From assembly GCA_964106645.2 (NCBI GenBank), contig OZ067045.1: a stretch of 64,000 bases of DNA. The stretch is one strand, 5' to 3'. Shown piece by piece: positions 49,760-61,384 of this stretch. Source of the stretch: Podarcis pityusensis (lineage: Eukaryota). The first letter of the stretch is position 1, and each line of letters begins with the position of its first letter. The position numbers and the translations under genes were made by a program. The notes under the pieces were generated by a model. That model did no database searches, was not told the DNA's origin, and was given only the letters and a program-made list of their open reading frames with translations.

Positions 49760-51799
49760 TTAGTCACTACACAAGAGTAACTCTCCAAACATGTACCTAT
49801 AAGACTGCCTAGCCTAGCTGTTTCTTAAGACAGCAACCAAGGCCACAACAGTTTTATTTGACAGGTGGAGATTTGCCTTTCCTAAGGAAGGAGCTGCATT
49901 CTGAGTGCCATGGAAATGTAATTTCCCCCGGAACAGAAACATTTCCTTGGCTGCAGAGGCCACCAACTCTGAAGACAGGTTGTAGCAGAAACTTTAAGAG
50001 GCCTGAGTTTGGGGGAAAAATCACATCCATTCTCCCTACCCCCCCAATACCAGGTTCTAAAACTATTTGATGGAAACGAGGGGATTAAATCAGCTGAGTC
50101 TGGCAAGGCCAGAAGGGGTGAGATTTGTTGTGGAGAATCCGAACCGCTTAACCTCTGCAAACCTGAATTAATGACTTTAAATTACTTTATCTCTGACATT
50201 CCTTGTGGCAGGAGGAAGCAAAAAAATGGCTCCAAGGGTCTCCATTCACTCAATTTCTAGACATCAGATTATAGAGCAAGTTGCGCATTCCAAACACATC
50301 TGACAGGGCTAACTGCAAGGTCAAGAACACCTGCCCCTTGGCATCCCAATGAGGCCAGCAAGAGCTTGATCCGTCTTCCGTGTTCAATGCAGTGGTTTTA
50401 CTGGATACTTTTTAAAAACAGGCTTTCGATTTGTTCTTATTTGTTACATGTTGTATCTGGGTCCGTTCTCCAAAAGTGGTTTTTTCACCTCTCAGACACT
50501 ATGTGAGCTAAGCAAGCCTGGGAGGGAGGTTTGCTGTAAGCCGAACAGACACAACCTGGGTTATCTGCACACAAACCCGGGGCCACATCCTTTGTCTTTC
50601 ATCACCATTGTTTACTGCCTCAGCAGCTAGGCATAGATTCAAGTCTGTCCACTAGCTTACAATCTAAACGGCAGCAGACTGGGAGCGGGGGCTGTTAGTA
50701 TGCTACTGAGAACTAGCGAGGGAAAAATGCCAGATTATAATTGCAAGTTTTTAAAGGGTGAGGAAATGTAAAGACAACTTAACAAAGCTTTGAAACTGTT
50801 ACACGCAATATTTAAGAAACACTTCCAGTATTCTGAGTGTGACTATTTTTGCTGCTGCTACTGTTCTGTCATTTTATGATAAATCATATTATCAGTGTAG
50901 CATTCTTTTTGGTGTATTATTGTTGCAATTTCCCCCCCATGCATACGTATTCTCTATTCTGGGAACTCGAGGTGAAGGGTAGATTGCAAATGCTTCAAAT
51001 AAAATGGAAGGATAAATAGAATTCTATGGAAATAATAAGATCCAGAATTTGCTCCCACAAGATGCAGTGATAGCCGCAAACATGGATGCTCTTAAAAGGG
51101 GGTTAGACAAATCTGTGGAGGATAAGGACTAGATGGGCCCTTGGCCTTATTCAGCAGCAAGGCTCTTCTTAGGTTCTCATGACATTTCCTGCTCATTGTT
51201 TAGATGGTATCGCCACCCAAGTTTTGTTCCAGCAACTACATTCCCCTCTCTTCACACCTCCACTTTAAGCTCCTTGTACTGTATGTACTTTCCAGTGTCT
51301 CCACATCCAATGCTCATCTAGAGCAACCTTCTCTCTCTGTTGGTTCCTCTCTGGGGCCTTTGCTATACAGGGCCCAAACCTCTTGTCCAGACTAAAACAG
51401 CACTCTCAACTCCCCCTGTGCCCTTTTCTCTCTCCCTGATTGATGCTCCCTCCCTTTCCTCCCCCAAAGCTGCTAATTTTAAATAGTTAACTTTCAAATT
51501 CTGTACAACACTTAGCAATTTCAGGAACCTAGTCCATAATAACCAGCCCAAATGCTCTTGAAGGTACCAGCCCAAATGCTCTTGAAGGCAGGGGGATCAA
51601 GAGTGAGTGGCTAAGAATTTGCACTGCATAACAAATAAGCCATAATAGAGAAGATTACCACCCCAGGCCCCTCACACACAGCCCTGGTGCTGCTCCACGC
51701 AGACCCCTTCCTCACTACTTCCCTTTCACCAGCAACTATACCAACATTGACAGGAAAGAAGCAAAAGGCAAGAAAGCTTGAGGGCTCTGAGCACAGGAG

Positions 51800-51990
51800 T
51801 ACAGGAAGCTGCCTTATACTGAATCAGATCACTGGTCCACCTAGCACAGTATTGTCTACACCAATTGGCAGCGGTTCTCCAAAGTTTCAGGCAGCAGTCT
51901 CTCCCAACCCTATCTGGAGATGCCAAGGATTGAACCTGGGCCCTTCTGCATGCAAGGCAGATTCTCTACCCCTGAGCTCCGTTCCTTCCC
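51800..51990 (-). mobile_element. Squam3-like SINE
   Basis: Near full-length reverse copy. Confidence 0.8.
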
Positions 51991-53022
51991 CATGGAGAAT
52001 ATTGGTAGATGTTTTAAAAAGTAACACCAACTGACTCCCCAGAGTGAAAGCTATTACTGAAGTAGGGCAGGATCTATATTAAACAATTCATCCTGCAGCT
52101 GCAGGAACACAGAACCAGCCTTGATGGTGGCTCCATAAAACCAGCTCTGCTGGTTAGGTTTGGCATCAGAGTATGAGTCATGCGATGAAGCTTGTTTTTA
52201 TCTATGGAGAACTATTCCTGTACAGTATAACATCTCTGAGTGAATATGGAGAGGGGGTGCACTTTGTGTACCTAACAATGAAGGTAGTGAAGTCAACAGA
52301 TGTTCTTATCACCATTAGATCTTAGGCTACGACCCTGATGAATGAGAACCCAAGCATCCAACTCTGCCTTTAACCACGCTTCCAGTTTCTTAAAATGCTT
52401 GGTTTTGTATCCATTTTCCATCACACAGCTGAGGGAATATGGGCTGTTTAGGATGCGTTTGCACGTAGGTGTGTAAAGTTGCCTCTTTGTACTCCTAACC
52501 AATGGCCAACTTCCTAGGATAAATGAGGGTGTGGTAGGGTTGATGCACTCTCTGTGGCCAAGCTCCTCTTGAGGGAGTTGGGAGCCTCTCTATCAACAGC
52601 ACCGTATTACCAGGCTTAGAGTGACTGTACCCCGAAACCAAGGGTAAAGCAAACATTGCTTCAACACACTCAATGGGGCAGAGGGAAAGAATGATCAATT
52701 AAGCAGTGGCGGGTTTTGATTTCTTCTGTTGTTTAAACACCACAGCACTGCCACATTGAAGAAACTCAAAAGTCACTTCTCAGTTAATGTTGGATCAGCT
52801 TGATGTCCAAGCTGGAGAGCAGGAAAGGATTATCCACTGGATAGAGAGGGTCATCAACTGTCAGAGGTGAAAGCCTGAGCTTGTCCCGAGTAATATGGGC
52901 ACAGGAGTCTTTGCATACACCTGCAGTTTGTCATGTATAGCCCAGACAACACCAATGAAAGTGGCTGGGAGGATTCCGAGACTGAACAACTTGCAGGTCC
53001 TATCTGGCTGCAATGGTCTTAC

Positions 53023-53096
53023 CTCCCATCCTTCCATTTCGAGGCCTCTCTTTCCATATATGTCATAGATGGCTCTCGTCTGTGGGTCACTGAGCA
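53023..53096 (-). CDS. DNAJC11: DNAJC11 exon 3 (end of J domain)
   Basis: [25 protein letters not shown]; 74 nt. Confidence 0.96.
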
Positions 53097-55453
53097 CTGA
53101 AAATCAAAACCAAAACATGTTCAGAGCATGCAGCAGTCAAAGCAGAGTTCAGACAGAAGTACATGCACGCGCACACGCGCACACATATACATACTCTCCA
53201 GCACCTTCCAAATACATTTTCAGGAAACCTAAAACCAAGCCACCAAGCATACATTCCACAAAGACAACATGGCCATCTCTAGCTCGCTGCCAAATATGCC
53301 TACGTGACACACCTCTTTGCAAACCTAGATTTACATTTTTAAATGCATGTACCTAGAAAACAAGCTGGGAGGCAGGACCTCTTCGCAGGAGAATGCCAAG
53401 CGCATTTCTAGAACAGATTTTTCAAAGCATAATTCTTGGAATGCTAAGGGTTGAGGATTTCCCCCTACAAAAACATCACCCATTTCAAGGTCTCTGCTGG
53501 ATTTCCCTCCCGCTCTTCAAGCGTGTTCCCATGCGTCACAAGGCCTAATTAAGAACGCTGTAAACGATTCCGCCCACGTCCAAGCCTAATGGGAGGAAAG
53601 GAATGCTGACCATTCAGAAAACACCAGAACCAAATTTCTTTAGCTAATCTCTGGGATTTAATAAGAAATCATTTATTCACCATTTCACTTTAGCTCCCCT
53701 TTGGGCCAAACCGCTGGGCGACGAGGACTGCTGGTGCTGCAGTTTTTCTACTGGGGTGGGGGTAGAATCCTGCAAGCTCCTAATTCACTTAAGTTTCAGT
53801 TACTTCTCCCCAAATTTCAAAAAATGCTGCAAACAAACTATCAATAATTCAGACGCATGCAAGATTCATTCAACCAAACCCAGATAACAGAATATAATCA
53901 AAAGGGCAACAGTTTCGATGAAAGACGGAGCGGAAACACACACAGCCCATCTGCCTGTGACTGCAGAGCTGAGAATCTGGAGAGATTGCATTATCTTGAC
54001 TATGCAGATTTATCACCCAACACACTCCAGAGTTTCCTGATGGCTATTAACATCTAATTTTTTTGGCAACAACCCCCACCCCCGGCAAACTGAGATAAGA
54101 GATAAGCTTTTACAGCAGATTGGGGAAAGTCTTTATTTCGGAGAGGAACATCTTCTTCTATACTTAGTTAAGTCTAATTATAGGGGAATTGCATGCCAAG
54201 CATAGCAAACAGCATCTCGAGTGAATTATAGCCCATACTTTCGCTGGTGGAAGAAATTCTCATCTCCCCTGTAATCCTTCATGGGAAGCAAAACCAGCCT
54301 GATGAGAAGCACTTACAGTTACGACTGCTTCAGATGACTATTTCAGTGCTGACACAGTTGGATTTTTTTTACATTTCCTTTCCACATCATGAACTTCTGT
54401 CTATTTTTTGTGCCGAGCAAAATAAGAAACAAAAACTAAATAAAAAAACCCCAATGCCCCTATTCTGCAATTACACATCATCCCTGCATCTGCCACCAAA
54501 AAAGCTCACCAAGGAATCTGGTACTCACAAGGCAGCTCTAGATAAGGAAAGAAGGATGTGGCTGCAGTTGCACACAACTGGGAGTCAGTGGGGTGGGCAG
54601 ACTATGTTCTAACACTAAGTGGAAATCTGGGTAACCTCGGAGGCCTCCCCCAACCTCCGTTCTGCTGCCTGTCTAACAGAAAGATCTCACCTTGCAAAGG
54701 GTTCCAAGATCCTTGCTGGGCATGCTCGGCTGACTGCTTACAACAGGGGTGTGGAATTGGATCTGAACAGGGGACCAGAGCATTATCTCCCCTATCCCCT
54801 TCCAGACCACACTTCAGCAGGAGGGTGTGGTCACCCAGTTGGCAACCACTGGCATGACATCAGGTGGCCCATTTTAGCTCATGTGGTTTGAAATCAAACC
54901 ACTGCACTCTGCAAGACCCGACCATGAGCAGATCGCCAGAGCCTGCAAAGCACTGTGTGTGATAGTGGGTGCTGCTAACAGGAAGTGCCTGCAATCCCCT
55001 TTCTGGTCCACCTGTCAGAAATCACATAGGTTGCCAAGTTTAGGGCAGGTGGCGGTCATTCAGCCAGAACAACCTCATGGACCATGTTCGATTTACGGAC
55101 CAGAGCCTCCCTGCCCGTGGCTTGCAGGAAATCCCAGAAGAGCAGATGAGCTAGTCCTGTTACAGTTAACACAAACATGAATTCTGCAGCACCTTAAAGA
55201 CTTAAAGAGATCCACTGAGGCACCAGCTTTTGTGGACTAGAGTCTGCTTGCCCACGCAAGGCTGCCATCAGCACCTATTGCACTGATCTCCAATTGGTGC
55301 CAAGACATGTAAGGGTGTAACAAGAAAACCAGTGTGGTGCAGCTGACAAAAGCACTGGACTTTAACCTTGCAATAGCTCTATAGTATGACATTTATGTTC
55401 TCTGCACCAAGCTGCTGGAAGGAAGGTGGGGTGCCGAAGAATACATAAATATA

Positions 55454-55695
55454 CAGTGGTACCTTGGGTTACATACGCTTCAGGTTACATATGCTTCAGG
55501 TTACAGACACCACTAAGCCAGAAATAGTACCTCAGGTTAATAACTTTACTTCAGGATGAGAACAGAAATCGTGCTCCGGCGGCATGGCAGTAGCAGGAGG
55601 CCCCATTAGCTAAAGTGGTGCTTCAGGTTAAGAACAGTTTCAGGTTAAGAACAGACCTCCGGAATGAATTAAGTACTTAACCCGAGGTACCACTG
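55454..55695. mobile_element. Tigger-like MITE, same family as 27866-28075
   Basis: TA TSD, CAGTGGTACC TIR, internal GCTTCAGGTTA repeats. Confidence 0.9.
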
Positions 55696-56697
55696 TAACT
55701 GTCTTTGGACTATACTCGTCCAGGGTTATAATCTTTAAACAGTGCTTTCGGCTTTATAAAAACTATCCCAGGACCTCAGAAGGGGGCTTGGAACATGAAG
55801 CCTCCCTTGGACCAGGGAGATATACTTTTGGTGCATAAACACACAGTTCTGGGGTGGTCAAGAGAAAACCACATGATTTGAAGGGTGGTGTCCCTAGGAA
55901 TCTGTCAAGCAACAGAGGGATTAGTACAGGCAGCAACCATTTTGTGTGTGTTCGACTGGCACGTGACAACCAATGTACATGCTTTTTCTGGCCCTTGAAG
56001 GGGGAGGGCTTATGCACACTCCACCAACATGCGCAAAGACCCGGAATAAAACCCCTGTGCAAATGGGGAGTTGCCCATATAGCAAGGGAACAAGGATGAA
56101 AGACCTGTGGGGAAAGTTGGTGTTTCCTCACCCTGCTTACTCCACGCTCTTGAGATTCAGCTGAAGATCTCATGGGAGATGCTGCTCCTTGGCCCACAGA
56201 ACAAAAAGTCCTCCACCAACTTGATGCAGGCATTCTGACACAGCCTGCCTCCTACCAACCATGTGAGTTGAGATTCTGTCCCATAATGACCAAATGCTGG
56301 CTCATGTGCTGCAGAGGATCTCTGATCCTACATATGGAAGCCTCAGAGCTGCTGAATTGATGAGTGGTATGAGGAAGGCAACTGACTGTGGAAGTTAGCA
56401 GCATCTCTGTTCAAGCACTGCATGGCCCTACCAAGCTGAAAGCGAAAATCTGGTGTCGGCTGCTGCACAGAGAGGTTAGACTGGAAGTTGCCTAGAGAAG
56501 CATGATTCATCAGTCTTACTCCTAGCTTTCTAGTCTAGTTTGCTACTAGAAAAGAGGATTGGCTTGCTGGCATTAAGAGGTGGTCACTTCAAAACCCTTC
56601 CATGTCATACTCATAGAATGAGACTCCGTGGTCAGAATCTTTATTGGCTTGTTACTGTATATCTTGGGACCCCCCAAAACCACATATATGTTCACTC

Positions 56698-56877
56698 ATA
56701 GGAACATACTGAATCAGGCCAATGCTTCATCTAGCTCAGTATGGGCTACACTGACTGGCAGCAGCTCTCTGGGGTTTCAGGCAGGTTTCTCTCCCAGCCC
56801 AACCTGGAGATGCCAGGAACCGAACCTGAGACCCTCCACATGTAGTAGATGCTCTACCACTGAGCTACAGCCCTTCC
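56698..56877 (-). mobile_element. Squam3-like SINE
   Basis: Reverse copy with tRNA-like head at ~56810-56877. Confidence 0.7.
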
Positions 56878-57051
56878 AATGACTCATTTGTCAAAAACTG
56901 ATCGTCCAGGTATTGATTCTCTCATATGAAAACGGCAAAAACCAGCTACTGCCTTTAACAGCAAAAAGACTTGCTGTCTGGATTCCAAGCTAGAAAATCC
57001 ATTGGCAGCTGCTGAGCTGAGGATGGCTGTGAATCTCTGGCATCCACTGAC

Positions 57052-57181
57052 CTTCATAAGCCTGATGGAGAAGGTTGAAGAGCTGCTCGGCCTGCCTCTT
57101 GAGCTCTGGGTCCCTGTGCTTGTCAGGATGGTACAGCATACACAGCCTACGGTAGGCGGCTTTCAGCTCTTCCTGAGAGGC
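57052..57181 (-). CDS. DNAJC11: DNAJC11 exon 2 (J domain with HPD motif); exon 1 lies beyond the right edge
   Basis: [43 protein letters not shown]; 130 nt. Exons 2-16 total 1608 nt, consistent with a 559-aa protein if exon 1 contributes 72 nt. Confidence 0.97.
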
Positions 57182-57905
57182 CTGTGAGAAGAAAAGAAAT
57201 CCAATTATAGAACAATCAATGCAGTTAAGCCGCTATCATCTCAAAAATCTGCCCAGAAACGGGAACCCATCAGACGCACTCCGGCGCGTTCTGTTCTGCA
57301 GATCGGGAAGCATAATGAAGCTGTGATTTGCTAGGACCGCTTCTCTTGGCATGGTGCAAGAAACCACCAGTCTGGGGCATTAATAATCATAATTTATGTA
57401 GCACAGTTCGAGCATTCAAAGCACTCACAATTATCTCAGTATTCCTTACAACAGCCTCCTGGAAGCTCAGCCAGCCAGTACTCTGGATAAAAGTGCCATC
57501 AGCATGTACGGGGCTTTACAAAGCACAAGACAACAGGACTCTGTCCCAGGAAACATAAAATCTAAAATAATTGTGCTACTATAATGCTGTTCTTTTGTTT
57601 TATTCTAGTTTATAATTTAAAACTGGTTTTATATCTTTGCAAGCCATTTTGCATGCACCTTGTTCTAAAAAAGCAGGCTATAATTAACAAAGATTTTGTT
57701 CCAAGTGGCAATGAAGATTCAGAAGTTGTGCTGGTTCAGGGGCCTCATAACCTTTATGGCCCTTGTGCCACAGAAGGGGACACTGGAGGGGTAAGGGCCC
57801 TGCTTGAGACATGCTTGTGAACAGTCTTTTGCCTGTGGCAACTAAGAGTCAGCTCCAAAACTCCCAATGGCTGCACCCAAGAGGCTTCATATAAATGTAA
57901 AACAG

Positions 57906-58161
57906 AAAAAAACAAGGTTAGAATGAGTTAAGATAATTATAGGATAGAAAACAGAGGAAGATGGAAAGGAATTGCTGAAATAATTAACAGAAGTGGAATA
58001 CAAAAAGGGAGGTGTGAGGAGGTCGTGGAAATAAGTGAATGAAAGATGGGATAATGAAATTGTTTGATTTATTGTTTTTGTTTTAATGTAATGTATTGCA
58101 TTGTATTGTTTTTTTAGTGTTTAAATTTTTGGAAAAGTAATAAATATTATTTTTAAAAAAT
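57906..58161 (+). mobile_element. 5'-truncated L1-like 3'UTR insertion
   Basis: Perfect 17-bp TSD ATATAAATGTAAAACAG (57889-57905 and 58162-58178), AATAAA at 58139-58144, short A tail. Confidence 0.75.
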
Positions 58162-58511
58162 ATATAAATGTAAAACAGCATTGGGGACACGGGGACAAGA
58201 TTGTGCCTTGTAGTGCATCACAGCATGAAGACTGTGGAGCTGAAACACGGTCTCTCAGTGCTACTCTCTGGAAAAGACCCTCTAGGTAGGAGTGGAACCA
58301 GTGTAAAACAGTGTCCCCTGATACTCATCCCACAGAGCCAGTCCAGCAGGATGCCTTGGTCTAGTATCAAAACCCGTGGAGAGAGACAAAGAAGCAGAAG
58401 CAAAAATGCATTCCCCCTGTCCCACTCTCTATACAGGTTATCCATCCTGGTGACCAAGGCTGGTTCAATTCCAAAACAGCACCTGAATGCAGAATGAAGT
58501 GGATTCAGATA

Positions 58512-58969
58512 CCGTTTTTTTCCGTGTGTAAGACGATGGTATTTGCTATAAATAAATTACACAAAAATTGGGTGTCGTCTTATACACGGATAGTGAATGC
58601 AGAGAGAAGATGTGCAATTAATGTCAGCAGCAAGCAGGAGATTGGCAGCGGCGATTGGGCGGCTAACTGGTGACTGCGGCAAGGTGATCGGCTGTGGCAA
58701 CTGGGCAGGGGATTGGAGGCTGTGGCGAGGTGGGCAGGTGATTGGCGGCTGCGGCAAGTGGGCTGTTGGTGGCAGCAAGCGGGCAATTGGCAGCTGTGGT
58801 GAGGTGTGTGATCAGCAGTGTGGCTGTGGCTAGCGATCAGCAGTGGCAGGCAGGCGGGTGAGTGATTGGCGGAAGTGACCTCCCCCACTCCCCAAAAGAG
58901 CTAAACAACTTAATTTCTTAATTTTGAGTTTAAAAAAATAGGGGTCGTCTTATACATGGAAAAATATGG
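58512..58969. mobile_element. Tc1-mariner (Tc2/pogo-like) MITE with internal GC-rich minisatellite
   Basis: TA at both flanks; 25-bp TIR CCGTTTTTTTCCGTGTGTAAGACGA vs TCGTCTTATACATGGAAAAATATGG (4 mismatches); an additional TIR-like copy at 58575-58590. Confidence 0.8.
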
Positions 58970-61384
58970 TAATTCCTGCAGGAACTCACTGCTTGGCCAG
59001 CACCTTACCCAAGAAAGGGGTATTTTTTATGGGTAGTAATTGTTATAAACCACAGGATCCAGGGTGGGTTTCTTCAGAAGCGGGCGCACCACCCACCGCC
59101 TGCTTAAGGGGAGTGGCACCACACCCTCATGTCAATAAGCCTTCACCATACCCTGGGCCCATCTGGTCAACCCTTCCTGACAGGCTTTTACTAGCCAGGA
59201 TGGGCAGGGAACAAGAGAGCAGGAAGCCAGTCATTGCAAGAATGCTGCATACATTATCAGGCCAAGTAAAGTGACACTGATTCCTTGGTGAAGGCACTGC
59301 ATTGGACACTTCAACTGGAGTTGCAACAACAGTAACATCTAAGGCGCTATGGGAATGGGAGAAACTCAGCAGAAGCACATTTGCTAGCCTTCAAGGTGAA
59401 GGCAAGGGTGCAAACTCTAGAACTAAAAAGAATGCCTATTTGTTACAAACAAACAAGCCAAATTCCTTGAAATTCACCATGATTACCCACATGGAGGTAC
59501 AGGAGCAAAAGAGAGGCTTACGAGGTTGAATGATTAACTTCCAAAGATGGGCGCAGATCTTTTTTCCACACACAAATGCATTCTAACAATATACTTCCAA
59601 AGGCCTTCTGCCTGCTCCTTTTGATCAATGCAGAGCTGTTTAGCTCGGAAACAGAAGGTCAGGGTGCTTCACATATAAGGCTAATCCTCTCGCTCATGAA
59701 CAACACAGCGTATCAGCAAAAAACTACAGTTTTTAATACATAAAGTGGGATTTGAGCCATTTCTGGTGACAAACAGGAATTGAGAGATTTCTTCTGTTTC
59801 TTATTCATACGTCTTGGTTCAATGACAAAGGAATTGGACAGACCTGCCTGGCTCCTGAGAACACATTGCCCGGTGAAGGAGTCATCCTTCCTGAGCAACT
59901 GCTGTCTCTTTCCACTCTCTTGGTTATTAGAATTAAAGTAGATGAGGAGGGAGTGGAATTTCGAGCTCGGCAATGACCTTCTTTAATCAAATTAGTGATA
60001 AATGGCTTAATGTGCTATTGATTAAGTAATAGAAATGAGCAGTTCCATTTTTCACAAATATCATGTTCAATAAAATGTTAGATTGGGCCTTTCATCATAA
60101 GTGAATCACTAAGGTCATTGGTTCAATATTTCAAGAGTGATAACCTCTCTCCAGCCACTGCAGAAAATACTGACAACATTTCAAATTCTAATGAGATACA
60201 TAAGTCACTAATAATGATATTTTAAGTTACATTCTTATTACTTAAACTTGGGGCAAAATTAAGAGGCACGCCATCATGCTATTCGGGGGATTAAACTCAT
60301 TCATTTCACATCTCAATCATCCAGTTACATCTTCGCAGCATGTAAATCTATTACAGATTAAATGGCCATATACTAGCAAATTGCCAGAGACAGGTTTTAG
60401 ACGTCCTTCTCTTCCTCTTCCCCAGGCCCATAAAGTTTAGTGACCTATTATTCTCAGATTAGCCAGTGCTCTGAAGAGCTGAATTTGCCCTATAAGAAGC
60501 TGGGTACAAAATATGGAAACAAAGGCCTACAAAGGCAATGGAGAATTTCTCAATTTCAGCCCCAAAGTACCGTAAATTTAGTTATCTAGCAGAACTGGCT
60601 TTTGAAAGCCTCCAGAGAGCTCTGCTGAGAGTCCCTCAAGCCCTTAAGGGGACAGGAAAAGGACACCTGGGCACGGCTTGCTGCAACTACAATAACCCTG
60701 CAACTTACATGCACTTAACTTGTGCACATTCAGCTCTACAGACTTGGCAAAAAAAATAGTAAAAACGGTGGAAACGAGGCAAGTAAAAAGACTTTGGCAA
60801 TCCCACCCACCACTGAACCTAATACGTTTTGACTATATGTGATTTTTGCTTCAGCCATGATCCTGGGAACGTAACCTCTGTGTAAGTTGTAGACTTACTG
60901 CAAGATATCTGAAAATTCATCTCAAAACCAGCCTTTCCAACCTGATACCTTTTGGAAAACAACTTCAATCAGCATGGCCTTGCTACCTAGGGCTGATGGG
61001 AGTTGTAGTCCAAAGCATCTGGTTGGCTTATCTCAAGCACATTCACATCATGCAATCATAAGAAGGGAAATAAAGTGCTATACTACTTAGAGACACTGTT
61101 ACAGGACAGGAGGGGAATCAAATCACAGGCACTCCACTGTAGAGGGAGTCATACATCACAAGCACCTCTGAAGGTCATTTTGCTAGCACATGTTCTGCTC
61201 AATTCTGGAGGGGAACAAAAAACTCTTTAACTCTATTTCAGTGAGCAATAGAGAATTACCCATAAAACCAGTATACAGCTAGTACCTAACCTCTAGGAAG
61301 CTGGCAATAATCCATCTTGGTGCCTCACCACATTGCTGGAGGGGCTGCCTTACACCCAGTACTCCTCTGCACTCGGAATTTCTC

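Noticed and set aside
51542-51588. 24-bp tandem duplication ACCAGCCCAAATGCTCTTGAAGG(T)
   Set aside because: A single slippage or repair duplication in an intron with no sign of function.
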